Below, piece by piece: positions 9,058 to 18,748 of a stretch of 64,000 bases of DNA; positions within the stretch are counted from its first letter, which is position 1, and each line of letters starts with the position of its first letter. The DNA is taken from the NCBI GenBank assembly GCA_022710975.1, contig JAKLGA010000011.1:14678-78677 (forward strand), read 5' to 3'. A program made the translations under genes and the position numbers. This stretch comes from Myxococcota bacterium (GTDB taxonomy: Bacteria; Myxococcota; B64-G9). The notes under the pieces were generated by a model that had not been told where the DNA came from, made no database searches, and worked only from the letters and a program-made list of their open reading frames with translations.

Positions 9058-10719
9058 ATGACGCACGAACGCAAGGTGATCGAGGCCGGGCTCGCGGCCT
9101 GGCGCAAGGTGGTGGACAAGAGCCTGGTCAAGAACCCGGAGCGCGAGCCCGAGTTCAGGACCAGCTCGGGCATCGCGGTCGAGCGGCTGTACACGCCGCT
9201 GGACGACGACGAGCGCGACTACGCCCGGGACCTGGGCTTCCCCGGCCAGTACCCCTTCACCCGCGGGGTGCAGCCGACCATGTTCCGCGGGCGCTACTGG
9301 ACCATGCGCCAGTACGCCGGCTTCGGCTCCGCCGCGGAGACCAACGAGCGCTTCCGCTACCTGCTGGCGCAGGGCCAGACCGGCCTGTCGGTGGCCTTCG
9401 ACCTGCCGACCCAGATGGGCTACGACCCGGATCACCCCATGTCCAACGGCGAGGTCGGCAAGGTCGGGGTCAGCATCGCCACCCTCGACGACATGCGCCG
9501 GCTGCTCGACCAGATCCCGCTCGGCAAGGTGTCCACCTCGATGACCATCAACTCGACCGCGGCCATCCTGCTGGCCATGTACGTGGTGGTGGCCGAGGAG
9601 CAGGGCGTGCCGTGCGCCCAGCTCAACGGCACCATCCAGAACGACCTGCTCAAGGAGTACGTGGCCCGCGGCACCTACATCTTCCCGCCGCGCCAGAGCC
9701 TGCGGGTGATCACCGACCTGTTCGTGCACTGCAAGGCGAACCTGCCCCGCTGGAACACCATCTCCATCTCCGGCTACCACATCCGCGAGGCCGGCTCGAC
9801 CGCGGTCCAGGAGGTGGCCTTCACCCTGGCCCACGGCGTGGCCTACGTGCAGGCCGCCATCGACGCCGGGCTCGCGGTCGACGACTTCGCCGGGCGGCTG
9901 TCCTTCTTCTTCGGCTGCCACAACAACTTCCTCGAGGAGGTGGCCAAGTTCCGCGCCGCCCGCCGGCTGTGGGCGCGGCTGATGCGCGAGCGCTTCCACG
10001 CCGCGGACGACCGCTCCTGCGCGCTGCGCTTCCACACGCAGACCTGCGGCTCCACCCTGCTGGCGCAGCAGCCGGACAACAACGTGGTGCGGGTGGCCTA
10101 CCAGGCGCTGGCGGCGGTGCTGGGCGGCACCCAGAGCCTGCACACCAACTCGCGGGACGAGGCCCTCAGCCTGCCCACCGAGGACTCGGTGCGCATCGCG
10201 CTGCGCACGCAGCAGATCGCCGCCCACGAGAGCGGCGTGGCCGAGTTCGTCGACCCGCTGGGCGGCTCCTGGGCCGTGGAGGCGCTGACCGACCGCATCG
10301 AGCGCGAGGCCGAGGCGCTCATCAAGCGCATCGACGAGCTGGGCGGCGCGGTCAAGGCCATCGAGGAAGGCTTCATGCAGGCCGCCATCGCCGACGCGTC
10401 CTACGAGTACCAGAAGCGCGTGGAGAAGGGCGCGCAGGTGCTGGTGGGGCTGAACAAGTACCAGATCGAGGAGCGGCTCCAGCCGCCGCGGCTGCGCATC
10501 GCCCCGGAGCTCGAGCAGGCCGCGGTGGAGCAGGTGCGCGCGGTGCGGCAGCGGCGCGACGCGGCCCGGGCCCGCGCGGCGCTCGAGGCCGTGGAGCGGA
10601 CGGCCCGCGGCGCGGACAACCTGGTGCCGCCCATCCTCGAGGCGGTGCGGGCCATGTGCACCACGGGCGAGATCGCGGACGCGCTGCGCAAGGTGTTCGG
10701 AGTGCACCAGGAGGGCTGA
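9058..10719 (+). CDS. methylmalonyl-CoA mutase family, catalytic (TIM-barrel) subunit; no B12-binding domain in this ORF
   Basis: The ATG at 9058 follows GGAGGGAG. '[45 protein letters not shown]' is the classic MCM N-terminal domain. The ORF ends before a cobalamin-binding module. Confidence 0.85.
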   Translation: MTHERKVIEAGLAAWRKVVDKSLVKNPEREPEFRTSSGIAVERLYTPLDDDERDYARDLGFPGQYPFTRGVQPTMFRGRYWTMRQYAGFGSAAETNERFRYLLAQGQTGLSVAFDLPTQMGYDPDHPMSNGEVGKVGVSIATLDDMRRLLDQIPLGKVSTSMTINSTAAILLAMYVVVAEEQGVPCAQLNGTIQNDLLKEYVARGTYIFPPRQSLRVITDLFVHCKANLPRWNTISISGYHIREAGSTAVQEVAFTLAHGVAYVQAAIDAGLAVDDFAGRLSFFFGCHNNFLEEVAKFRAARRLWARLMRERFHAADDRSCALRFHTQTCGSTLLAQQPDNNVVRVAYQALAAVLGGTQSLHTNSRDEALSLPTEDSVRIALRTQQIAAHESGVAEFVDPLGGSWAVEALTDRIEREAEALIKRIDELGGAVKAIEEGFMQAAIADASYEYQKRVEKGAQVLVGLNKYQIEERLQPPRLRIAPELEQAAVEQVRAVRQRRDAARARAALEAVERTARGADNLVPPILEAVRAMCTTGEIADALRKVFGVHQEG

Positions 10720-10754
10720 GCCGCCGCGGGCGGCCGACCGGAGGAGGGTTCCCG

Positions 10755-11159
10755 ATGAAGCTCGACCACATCGGCATCGCGGTGGACGACCTGGAGGCGG
10801 CCCGCAAGCTGTACGGCCAGGTGCTGGGGCTCGCCGTCGGCCCGGTCGAGGAGCTGCCCGAGCGCAAGCTGCGCATCTCGTTCGTCGATCTGGGCGCCGG
10901 CGGGGCGGGCCTCGAGCTGCTCTGCCCCACCGATCCCGACTCGGCCGTGGGCAAGTTCCTGGCCTCGAAGGGGCCGGGCGTGCAGCACCTGGCCTACCGG
11001 GTGGAGGACATCCAGGCCAGGCTGGCCGAGCTGAAGGCGGCCGGGGTGCGGCTGGTGGACGAGCAGGCCCGCCCGGGCGCCCACGGCTGCCTGGTGGCCT
11101 TCCTGCACCCCAAGTCCACGGGCGGCGTGCTGACCGAGCTCGTGCAGCACACGCACTGA
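10755..11159 (+). CDS. mce: methylmalonyl-CoA epimerase (glyoxalase/VOC family)
   Basis: The ATG at 10755 follows GGAGG. 'MKLDHIGIAVDDLEAARKLY' is a VOC fold. The gene lies directly downstream of the mutase. Confidence 0.8.
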   Translation: MKLDHIGIAVDDLEAARKLYGQVLGLAVGPVEELPERKLRISFVDLGAGGAGLELLCPTDPDSAVGKFLASKGPGVQHLAYRVEDIQARLAELKAAGVRLVDEQARPGAHGCLVAFLHPKSTGGVLTELVQHTH

Positions 11160-11287
11160 GCCGTTCGTCAGGGCATCCGTCGGGGTCCTGTCGGCTCGCT
11201 CCCCATCCATGCTCACTCGGCGCTCCGCGTGGATGGGGGCCCCCTCGCCGCCACCCCTCTCTGGCCGATTCGGGTGGGGCGAAGCGC

Positions 11288-12034
11288 TCAGTCTGTCTGC
11301 CCGGCGTTCTGCCGCTTGCGCTTGCCCACCAGCCAGGCCCCCAGCACGCCCAGCTCGTAGAGCGCGTACATGGGCACGGCCACGATGGCCTGGTTGAAGG
11401 GGTCCGGGGTGGGGGTGATGACGGCCCCCACGATGAAGCACAGCAGCAGCACGTACTTGCGCACCCTGGCCAGGCCCCGCGTGGTGACCAGCCCCAGGGC
11501 CGCCAGCAGCACCACCAGCACCGGCGTCTCGAACACCAGCCCGAAGGCCAGCACGAACGAGGAGGCCGTGCCCAGGTAGCCCTGCATGCTGAGGATGAGC
11601 TGCGTGTTCTCGACCATGGTGCCGACCGCGAACTCGGTGGCCTGGGGCAGGATGAGGAAGTAGCAGAAGGCCGCCCCGCCCAGGAAGGCGCCGGTGGCCA
11701 CGAACACGAAGGGCAGCGCCAGGCGCCGCTCGCGCGCCGTCAGGCCCGGGGAGACGAACCACCACAGCTGCTGGAAGATGACCGGGCTGGCCAGCAGGAT
11801 GCCGCCGATCAGGCCGAGCTTCAGGCGGTAGAAGATGGGCTCGAAGATGCCCAGGAAGACCGGCTCGGTGCCCTCGGGCAGCAGGCCCTCGATCGGCCAG
11901 CGCAGCGCCCGGTCCAGGTAGTCCGAGAAGCCCACCGCCACGCCGAAGCCGACGACGATCGCCAGCCCCGAGATGGTCAGCGCCCGGCGCAGCTCGCCCA
12001 GGTGGCCGCTGAAGGTGAGGTTCTTCGGATCCAT
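11288..12034 (-). CDS. tatC: twin-arginine translocase subunit TatC
   Basis: The protein is 248 aa with six predicted transmembrane segments. 'FSGHLGELRRAL...PLDPFNQ' is TatC-conserved. Confidence 0.85.
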   Translation of the reverse strand: MDPKNLTFSGHLGELRRALTISGLAIVVGFGVAVGFSDYLDRALRWPIEGLLPEGTEPVFLGIFEPIFYRLKLGLIGGILLASPVIFQQLWWFVSPGLTARERRLALPFVFVATGAFLGGAAFCYFLILPQATEFAVGTMVENTQLILSMQGYLGTASSFVLAFGLVFETPVLVVLLAALGLVTTRGLARVRKYVLLLCFIVGAVITPTPDPFNQAIVAVPMYALYELGVLGAWLVGKRKRQNAGQTD

Positions 12035-12053
12035 GCGTGCGCCGGGCCCTGCC

Positions 12054-14357
12054 TCACAGCTTGAAGCGCTCGAGGATGCGGTGCAGGTTGACGGCCTGCT
12101 CGGCCACCGAGCCCACGGTGCTCTTCATCTCCGACATGGAGGAGCTGTGGCGCTCGGCGATCTCCTTGATGCGCTCGATGGCGCCCATGATCTGCTCGGC
12201 GCCGCGGGCCTGCTCCTTCTGGGCGCGGTTGAGGTGGTTGACCATCTCCGAGATGCTCTCGATGGCCCGGGTGATCTGCTTGCTGCCGCGGGCCTGCTCC
12301 TGGCTGGAGGCGTGCACGTGCTGGGTGACCACCCGCATGCGCTTGGCCGAGCCCATGAGCTGCTCCGAGCCCTTGGCCTGCTGGGCGGTGGCGGTGGCGA
12401 TCTGCTGCACCGTCTCGGCGATGCGCTGGATGGAGGTGGTCACCTCCTTGGAACCGCGCACCTGCTCGACGGTGGCCCGGGCGATGTCGCGCATCATGGT
12501 GGTGGACTTGGTGGCGCTGTCCAGGATCTTGGTCAGCGCGCTCTCCGCCTCGCTGGACAGGCCCACGCCCTCGTCCACGTCCTTCTGCCCGCGGTCCATG
12601 GCGTCCAGCGCGTTGCGCGTCTCCGACTGGACCGCCTGGATGAGCGCGGCGATCTCGCTGGTGGAGGCCGCCGTGCGCTCGGCCAGGTCCTTGATCTCGT
12701 CGGCCACGACCGCGAAGCCCTTGCCGTGCTCGCCGGCCTGGGCGGCGATGATGGCCGCGTTGAGCGCCAGCAGGTTGGTCTGCTCGGCCACGTCGTCGAT
12801 GACCGTCAGCACCTGCCCGATGGCCAGCACCTTCTTGCCCAGGGTCTCCATCACGCTGAAGGCCTGCTGGGTCGAGTCGTTGATGCGGGTGATGCCCTGG
12901 CGGGTGAGCTTCACCGCCTCCACGCCGCGCTCGGCGTCCCGGCGCACCTCCTCGCTCAGGCGCGCGGTCTGATCGGCGTTGGTCTCCACGTGGGAGATGC
13001 TCACGTCCATCTCGCGCATGGCGGCCGAGGTCTGCTCCGCCGTCGAGGACAGGTCCTCCACGCTCCCGGCCACCTCCTTGATGGCCTGGGTCATCTGCTC
13101 CACGCTGCCGGTGGTCTCCTCCACGCTGGTGGCCAGCGAGTGGATGTTGTCGGCCATCTCGTCGTTGGTGGCGGCCATCTCCAGGATGGAGCTCGAGCTC
13201 TCCTCGGCGCTGGCCGCCAGGATCTCCACGTTCTCGGCGATGCCCTTGAGGGACACGAACATCTGGGACATGGAGGCCGAGGTCTCGTCCACGGCCGCCA
13301 CCTGGCCCTCGGCCCCCAGGGCCACGTCGTCGGTGGCCCCGGTGATGGCGTCCACGGCCGCGCCCAGGTTCTGCGAGGCCGTGGCGATCGAGCGGATGAT
13401 GTCGCTCAGGGCGCCGATGATGCGGTTGATGGCCGCGGCCACCAGCCCGATCTCGTCCTGCTGGGCCACCCGGATGCGCTCGGTCATGTCGCCGCCCGAC
13501 AGCCGCGTGGTCGCCTCCAGGATGTCGAGCAGCCGCCGGTTGAGGCGGTTGGAGGCGAGGTAGACCAGGCCGGAGAAGGCGACCAGCGACACCATCAGCA
13601 CCAGCGCCAGGAACGCCAGCACCGACGAGCGCTGGGCGTTCAGCTCCGCGGTGGACAGGCCGAGCAGCAGGTAGCCGATCACCCGCTGGCTGGCGTCGCG
13701 CCCTCGCGGGGCCGGCGCCGCGAACACCGCCGGGGCGGGGGTCGGGGCGGGGGCCGGGGCCGCGGCCGGGGCCGCGGCCGGCTCCCCGGCGGGTCGGGCC
13801 GCCTCCCCGTCGTCGGACTCGTCCGGCAGGAGCGCGTCCTCCTCGCCCACGCCGTCGGGCACGGCCGCGCCCGGGCCCGCGTCCGCGCCGGCGCTCGAGC
13901 GGATGGGCTCGGTGAAGCCGAGCACGCCCGGCGCCTCCAGCACCTGCTCGGGGTGCTCCAGGTGGCGCCTGACCAGCTCCGCCAGCTCCGCGTCCCCGCG
14001 GTGCAGCTTGGCCATCACCCGGTAGGGGCTGCCCCCCAGGCCCGGCTGGCCCTCGTGGGCCGGGCCGAGCACCAGCGCGTACTCGATCTCGGCGTACTGG
14101 TCGAGCAGCCGGGCCACCTGCGCCTGGAGCTTGTCCTCCTGCTCGTAGAGCAGGTGCATGCGGCTGACCGAGTCCGAGGACAGGGTGCGGGCCAGGATGG
14201 TCCCGCGCGCCTCGAAGGAGGCGCGCAGCTGACCGGACACGAGCCCGAACAGCAGGCCAGCCACGAGCAGCAGGATGACGCCCGTGGCGGCCACCATGGT
14301 GAGCACGATCTTGCGCCGCAGGCTCGTCTTGAGATTCGATAGGATCTGCTCGCTCAT
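12054..14357 (-). CDS. methyl-accepting chemotaxis protein (two TM segments, HAMP, extended MCP signalling domain)
   Basis: The ATG at 14357 follows GAGGA. The two transmembrane segments flank a Pro/Ala-rich periplasmic region. The highly conserved MCP tip 'LLALNAAIIAAQAGEHGKGFAVVADEI' is present. The upstream extension in the ORF track to 15269 is out-of-context translation of the neighbouring gene. Confidence 0.8.
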   Translation of the reverse strand: MSEQILSNLKTSLRRKIVLTMVAATGVILLLVAGLLFGLVSGQLRASFEARGTILARTLSSDSVSRMHLLYEQEDKLQAQVARLLDQYAEIEYALVLGPAHEGQPGLGGSPYRVMAKLHRGDAELAELVRRHLEHPEQVLEAPGVLGFTEPIRSSAGADAGPGAAVPDGVGEEDALLPDESDDGEAARPAGEPAAAPAAAPAPAPTPAPAVFAAPAPRGRDASQRVIGYLLLGLSTAELNAQRSSVLAFLALVLMVSLVAFSGLVYLASNRLNRRLLDILEATTRLSGGDMTERIRVAQQDEIGLVAAAINRIIGALSDIIRSIATASQNLGAAVDAITGATDDVALGAEGQVAAVDETSASMSQMFVSLKGIAENVEILAASAEESSSSILEMAATNDEMADNIHSLATSVEETTGSVEQMTQAIKEVAGSVEDLSSTAEQTSAAMREMDVSISHVETNADQTARLSEEVRRDAERGVEAVKLTRQGITRINDSTQQAFSVMETLGKKVLAIGQVLTVIDDVAEQTNLLALNAAIIAAQAGEHGKGFAVVADEIKDLAERTAASTSEIAALIQAVQSETRNALDAMDRGQKDVDEGVGLSSEAESALTKILDSATKSTTMMRDIARATVEQVRGSKEVTTSIQRIAETVQQIATATAQQAKGSEQLMGSAKRMRVVTQHVHASSQEQARGSKQITRAIESISEMVNHLNRAQKEQARGAEQIMGAIERIKEIAERHSSSMSEMKSTVGSVAEQAVNLHRILERFKL

Positions 14358-14377
14358 GGTCCTCGACCCCCCGTCGC

Positions 14378-15298
14378 TCAGGGGCTCAGCAGCTTGACGT
14401 CCGGCCGGGAGCCCAGCCCGTCCGGCAGGCCCAGGTGGAGCTGGGTGGCGGTCTTGACGTTGACCCACAGCGCCGATCGGGCCTCGCGCTCGGGCAGGCT
14501 GGCTGGATCGGCGCCGTCCAGGATCTGCCGTGCCAGGCGGGCCGCCTCGCGGCCCTGATCCTTGTAGCTCGAGGTGAAGGCGGCCAGGGCGCCGCTCTTG
14601 ACGAACTGCTCGGCGTAGACCAGGACCGGCTTCTGCTGCTCCACCTGCAGCAGCAGGGCCTGCTCCAGCAGCACCTTGCTCACCACCACCGTGTCGCGCA
14701 GCAGCCAGACCGCCTCGCCCCGCTCGAAGGCCCGCTGCAGGGCCGCCGGCACGTCCTTCTTGGAGCCGACCGGCAGCGCGATGAGCTCGAGGCCCAGCTC
14801 GGCCGCGGCCGTCCTGGCCCGCTCGACGAAGGCCCCGGTCGTGCCGGGGTGGTAGACCGTGGCCAGGCGCTTGAGGCCGGGCAGCACCAGCCGGTAGGCC
14901 GCGAGCTGGGAGGCGGGCAGGGGATCGTTGGCCACCGTGGCCGTGCGCCGGTCCCGCCTGGCGTTCCACGGGCCGGCCATGCACAGGACCCGCGGCAGCT
15001 CGGCGAGCTCCTCGGCCGCGAAGGCCGCCGCCTGCGGGCCGAGCGCCAGGATGACCCTGGGCGCGGACGCGCGGATGCGCGCCGCCAGGGGCTTCGGGTC
15101 CTCCCCGGCCGCGGGCAGGGTCACCACCTCGAGGGGGTCGGTCCAGGAGTCGCGCAGGCCGGCCAGGGCCGAGTCGTACGCCTTGAGGGAGCTCGAGCGC
15201 ACCACCAGGGCCTCGGCGGCCGGGGCGGGCTGCGCCCACGCGCACACGAGGAGCGCGAAACTGAGGCACTCCACCGCCTTGACCGTCCGGGTCCGCAC
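14378..15298 (-). CDS. periplasmic substrate-binding protein of the 'ABC transporter substrate-binding' (COG2984-like) family, probable MCP partner
   Basis: A GTG at 15298 is preceded by GAGGAG at about 10 nt. The signal peptide 'RTRTVKAVECLSFALLVCAWA' is followed by a periplasmic-binding-protein fold. The stop lies 18 nt before the MCP start. Confidence 0.55.
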   Translation of the reverse strand: MRTRTVKAVECLSFALLVCAWAQPAPAAEALVVRSSSLKAYDSALAGLRDSWTDPLEVVTLPAAGEDPKPLAARIRASAPRVILALGPQAAAFAAEELAELPRVLCMAGPWNARRDRRTATVANDPLPASQLAAYRLVLPGLKRLATVYHPGTTGAFVERARTAAAELGLELIALPVGSKKDVPAALQRAFERGEAVWLLRDTVVVSKVLLEQALLLQVEQQKPVLVYAEQFVKSGALAAFTSSYKDQGREAARLARQILDGADPASLPEREARSALWVNVKTATQLHLGLPDGLGSRPDVKLLSP

Positions 15299-15454
15299 CG
15301 GCGACGCGCTCCTCGGATCGGGCCGAACCACGCGAAAAATCGCGATATTAGAGTACGTTCCCCCCACCTGCGAGTCAAGCTTTCCCCGGCTTGCCGGGGC
15401 GCGCGGCGGCGCGCTACGATGGGTCGATCGCCAGCCACCCCGGAGGGCCCCCCC

Positions 15455-16486
15455 ATGAACCGCACCGCCGTGGTCACGGATCCGGTCTTCGCCATGCACG
15501 ACCCGGGCCCCTACCACCCGGAGTCGCCCGCGCGCGCGCGCGCCATCCAGTGCAGGCTGGAGGCCGACGACCTGCGCACGCGCCTCGCGCGGCTGGCGCC
15601 CCGGGCGGCCAGCCAGGCGGAGATCTGCCGGGTGCACACCCCGGGCTACTACCGCCGGGTGGCGGCCACAGCCGGGCACACGGCCAGCCTCGATCCGGAC
15701 ACGCAGACCTCGGTCGACTCCTTCCGCGCCGCGGAGCTGGCCGCGGGCGGGCTGCTCGCGCTCACCGAGGCGGTGGTGCGCGGCGAGGTGCGAAACGGCT
15801 TCGCCCTGGTGCGCCCGCCGGGCCACCACGCCGAGCGGGATCGCGCCATGGGCTTCTGCCTGTTCAACAACGTGGCCGTGGCGGCCGAGCACGCCCTGGC
15901 GGCGCTCGGCCTGGCGCGGGTGCTCATCCTGGACTGGGATCTCCACCACGGCAACGGCAGCATGCACTCGTTCTGGGAGCGGGCCGACGTGCTGTACGCC
16001 AGCACCCACCAGTACCCCTACTACCCCGGCACCGGGGCCGTGGACGAGGTCGGCGCGGGGCCGGGGCGCGGCTTCAGCGTGAACGTGCCGCTGCCCTGCG
16101 GCATGGGAGACGCGGAGTACACCGCCATCTTCCGGGAGATCTTCGCGCCCGTGGTGGCGGCCTACCGGCCCGAGCTCATCCTGGTCAGCGCGGGCTTCGA
16201 CATCTTCGACGGGGATCCGCTGGGGGGCATGCGGGTGAGCCCGCAGGGCTTCGCCTGGCTCACCAGCCAGGTGATGGAGATGGCCGCGGTCTGCCAGGGG
16301 CGGGTGGTGCTCACCCTGGAGGGCGGGTACCACGTCGAGGGGCAGGCCGAGTCGGTCGCGGCCTGCCTGCAGGCCCTGCTGGGCGAGCCGCCCGGGCCGC
16401 CCCCGCCGCGCGCGGGCGTCGGCCAGGCCGGACCCATCCTGGCGGCGGTGAAACGCGTCCAGGGGCAATTCTGGAAGCTGGGCTAG
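15455..16486 (+). CDS. histone deacetylase / acetoin utilisation (AcuC/HDAC) family deacetylase
   Basis: The ATG at 15455 follows GGAGGG. 'LVRPPGHHAERDRAMGFCLFNNVAVAA...ILDWDLHHGNG' carries the HDAC zinc-site motifs. Confidence 0.85.
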   Translation: MNRTAVVTDPVFAMHDPGPYHPESPARARAIQCRLEADDLRTRLARLAPRAASQAEICRVHTPGYYRRVAATAGHTASLDPDTQTSVDSFRAAELAAGGLLALTEAVVRGEVRNGFALVRPPGHHAERDRAMGFCLFNNVAVAAEHALAALGLARVLILDWDLHHGNGSMHSFWERADVLYASTHQYPYYPGTGAVDEVGAGPGRGFSVNVPLPCGMGDAEYTAIFREIFAPVVAAYRPELILVSAGFDIFDGDPLGGMRVSPQGFAWLTSQVMEMAAVCQGRVVLTLEGGYHVEGQAESVAACLQALLGEPPGPPPPRAGVGQAGPILAAVKRVQGQFWKLG

Positions 16487-16526
16487 GATCTTCTACGGGA
16501 GATCTGGGGTTCTGCGTGAAGCCACA

Positions 16527-16549
16527 CCCGGGTCGCGTTGCGACCCGGG
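16527..16549. terminator. bidirectional hairpin terminator between convergent genes
   Basis: A perfect 10-bp stem CCCGGGTCGC / GCGACCCGGG with a 3-nt loop sits in the gap between the HDAC gene and the convergent FHA gene. Confidence 0.45.
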
Positions 16550-16585
16550 TAAGACTTTCTGCGCGCCCAGGAGGCGCTTGAAAGT

Positions 16586-18661
16586 CTAAAATTCTTCGGC
16601 GGAGTCGCCCTCGTCCCCGCCGCCCTGGATGCTCTGGATCATCTTCTTGCACTTGGCGTAGTACGGGTTGCTCTTGTTGACCATCTGGGTGACGGTCTGG
16701 CAGGTGGAGATGGCCTTCTCGGGGCTGGTGGCCTTGATCACGTAGGCCGTCTCGAACAGCTTCTTGGCCTCGACCTCCAGCTTCTTGATGCGATCCTCGG
16801 CCTGCTTGAGGTCGGGCTTGTACTTCAGCGCCAGGGTGTAGCTGTCGTAGGCCAGCGGGTACTTGTTGCTGGTGTGGGCGTCCACGCCGCGCAGGAAGTA
16901 CACCTTGCCCAGCGTGCCCTTGACCTTCTCGGTCACCTCGCCCTTGCCCCCGCCCAGCTTCCTGTCCAGCTCGATGGCGCGGGCGAGCATCTTGATGGCC
17001 TGCTCGGCCTGGCCCGGGTTGTTGGCCATGCCCAGGCCGTTCTTGGCGTGCTGCTGGAACTCGCGCAGCGACTTGATGCCGTCCTGGCTGACGCCCGAGG
17101 AGGAGGCCTGGGCCAGGGCTTCGTCGATCTTGTTGGCCCGGTAGAGATCCAGGCACTGCCCGGCCAGCAGGTACTGCGACTTGACCACGGGGGGCGGCTT
17201 CTCGACCTTGGGCTTCTTGCAGCCCTTGCCCACGCAGGGCGGCGGGGCCACGGGCCTGCGCAGCGCGGCCTCGGCCTTGCGCTTGATGTCGCTCGCCACC
17301 GGGTCGTCCGGGAAGGAGCGCAGGATCTCGTCGGCGGTGGTCTGGGCCTCCTCGTAGCGCTTCTCCGCCAGGGCCGTGCGGGCCCGCTCGGTCCGGTCCG
17401 TGCGCAGGCCCTCCTCGGCCTGGACCTTCAGCTCCTGGGCGGTCTTGGTGGAGCTGGACTCCGCGGCCAGGACCGGCGTCAGGGCGGCGATGGCGCCCTC
17501 GTAGTTCTTCTCGTCCAGCTTGGCCCGGGCGTCGCCCACGGCCCGCTCGGCCTCGACCTCGCCGTCGATGGTCTTCTTGTAGCGCAGGACGTCCTCGTCC
17601 TCGGGCAGCAGCTCGAAGACCCCCGCCAGGAGCTTCTGCGCCTCGCCCCACTTGTTCTCGCCGACCAGCTTCTTGACCTCCTCGAAGTCCGTGGCGGCCT
17701 GCGCCAGGGCGGCCTCCTCCTCCGCGGCCGCCGCGGCCGCGGCCTCGGCCTCGGCGGCGGCGTCCAGCTCGGCCTGGCTGGGCCCGCTCATCTTCTTGGC
17801 GATGCCCAGGACGCCGATCAGCACCACCAGGACGCCGCACACCATGAGCATCTTCTTGCGCTTCTTCTTCTTGGGCGACGGGATGCCGTGGCCGGTGACG
17901 TTGGTCCCCTCGCCCGTCTCGTTCACCGCCTCCAGCATGGCCGTGGCGTTCTGCCGGGGGGACCTCGGCCCGCCCCCGCCGGGGGCGGTGAACACGATGC
18001 GGGCGTCGCCGATGTGGATCTCGTCGCCGTCGTAGAGCGGCTCGTCGGTGATGCGCTTGTCGTTGAGGAAGGTGCCGTTGCCGGACTTCTGGTCCACCAG
18101 GTGCCAGGCGTCGTCCTGCTTCTCGATGACGGCGTGCTGGCGGGAGACCAGCTGGTCGGGCAGCACCACGTCGCACTCGGGGGAGCGCCCGATGACGAAG
18201 CGCTCCTTGACGATCTCCACGTCGGACTGCCCATCCCCGGTCTCGATCGTCAGCACCGGCACCGGCTCGTTGGTCACGTCGGCCATGTTCAGGATGGCGG
18301 TCTTGTCGGCCGGGGTGGCGGGCGCCGCCGCCGGCAGCTCGCCCACGAAGGTCGCGCCCGCGTCGCCCGGCGGCGCCTCGCCGAACACCAGGGCGCCGGA
18401 GTCGGGCAGGGCGTCGGCGTCGGGATCGCTGAGATCCGCGTGCGGCGCGAACTCGCCGGTGTCCTCCTCCTCGGTCGGCAGGGGCGGCGGCCCCCCGCCC
18501 TCGGGCGCCAGGCCGCGGCGCGAGAGCTCGCGGTGAATCGGACCGCCCTGGCCGCCCACAGCCTCCAGCTCCTCGTCGGTGGTGTGCTCGCTGCTCCCAC
18601 CCTCCTCATCGGGCGCGGGCACGGGCCTGCGGCGCCGGCGCGATCGGATGTCCTGGGACAT
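16586..18661 (-). CDS. FHA-domain membrane protein with an extracytoplasmic coiled-coil/TPR-like region
   Basis: The ATG at 18661 follows GGGAG. The FHA core is 'FVIGRSPECDVVLPDQLVSRQHAVIE...GSGNGTFLNDKRI'. A Lys-rich stretch precedes the transmembrane segment 'MLMVCGVLVVLIGVLGI'. Confidence 0.75.
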   Translation of the reverse strand: MSQDIRSRRRRRPVPAPDEEGGSSEHTTDEELEAVGGQGGPIHRELSRRGLAPEGGGPPPLPTEEEDTGEFAPHADLSDPDADALPDSGALVFGEAPPGDAGATFVGELPAAAPATPADKTAILNMADVTNEPVPVLTIETGDGQSDVEIVKERFVIGRSPECDVVLPDQLVSRQHAVIEKQDDAWHLVDQKSGNGTFLNDKRITDEPLYDGDEIHIGDARIVFTAPGGGGPRSPRQNATAMLEAVNETGEGTNVTGHGIPSPKKKKRKKMLMVCGVLVVLIGVLGIAKKMSGPSQAELDAAAEAEAAAAAAAEEEAALAQAATDFEEVKKLVGENKWGEAQKLLAGVFELLPEDEDVLRYKKTIDGEVEAERAVGDARAKLDEKNYEGAIAALTPVLAAESSSTKTAQELKVQAEEGLRTDRTERARTALAEKRYEEAQTTADEILRSFPDDPVASDIKRKAEAALRRPVAPPPCVGKGCKKPKVEKPPPVVKSQYLLAGQCLDLYRANKIDEALAQASSSGVSQDGIKSLREFQQHAKNGLGMANNPGQAEQAIKMLARAIELDRKLGGGKGEVTEKVKGTLGKVYFLRGVDAHTSNKYPLAYDSYTLALKYKPDLKQAEDRIKKLEVEAKKLFETAYVIKATSPEKAISTCQTVTQMVNKSNPYYAKCKKMIQSIQGGGDEGDSAEEF

Positions 18662-18748
18662 GGGCCTCGCTCCCTTCGGGCCGGCCCGGCTCGCGCGCCG
18701 GACCGGGGCTCATTCTAACACGACTTCCGGGCGGTCGCCCCGCCCGGG

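Noticed and set aside
8430-10754. 909-aa plus-strand ORF overlapping the mutase in another frame
   Set aside because: Only the terminal 405 nt (the epimerase, from the ATG at 10755 with GGAGG) are coding. The rest is an off-frame artefact across the mutase gene.
11201-11238. Inverted repeat CCCCATCCA-N20-TGGATGGGG between the epimerase gene and tatC
   Set aside because: The loop is 20 nt and there is no U-tract. It is too weak to call a terminator.
14358-15269. N-terminal 304 codons of the 1071-aa MCP ORF
   Set aside because: This part is low-complexity and overlaps the separately supported binding-protein gene. The real MCP start is the ATG at 14357, which has a GAGGA ribosome-binding site.
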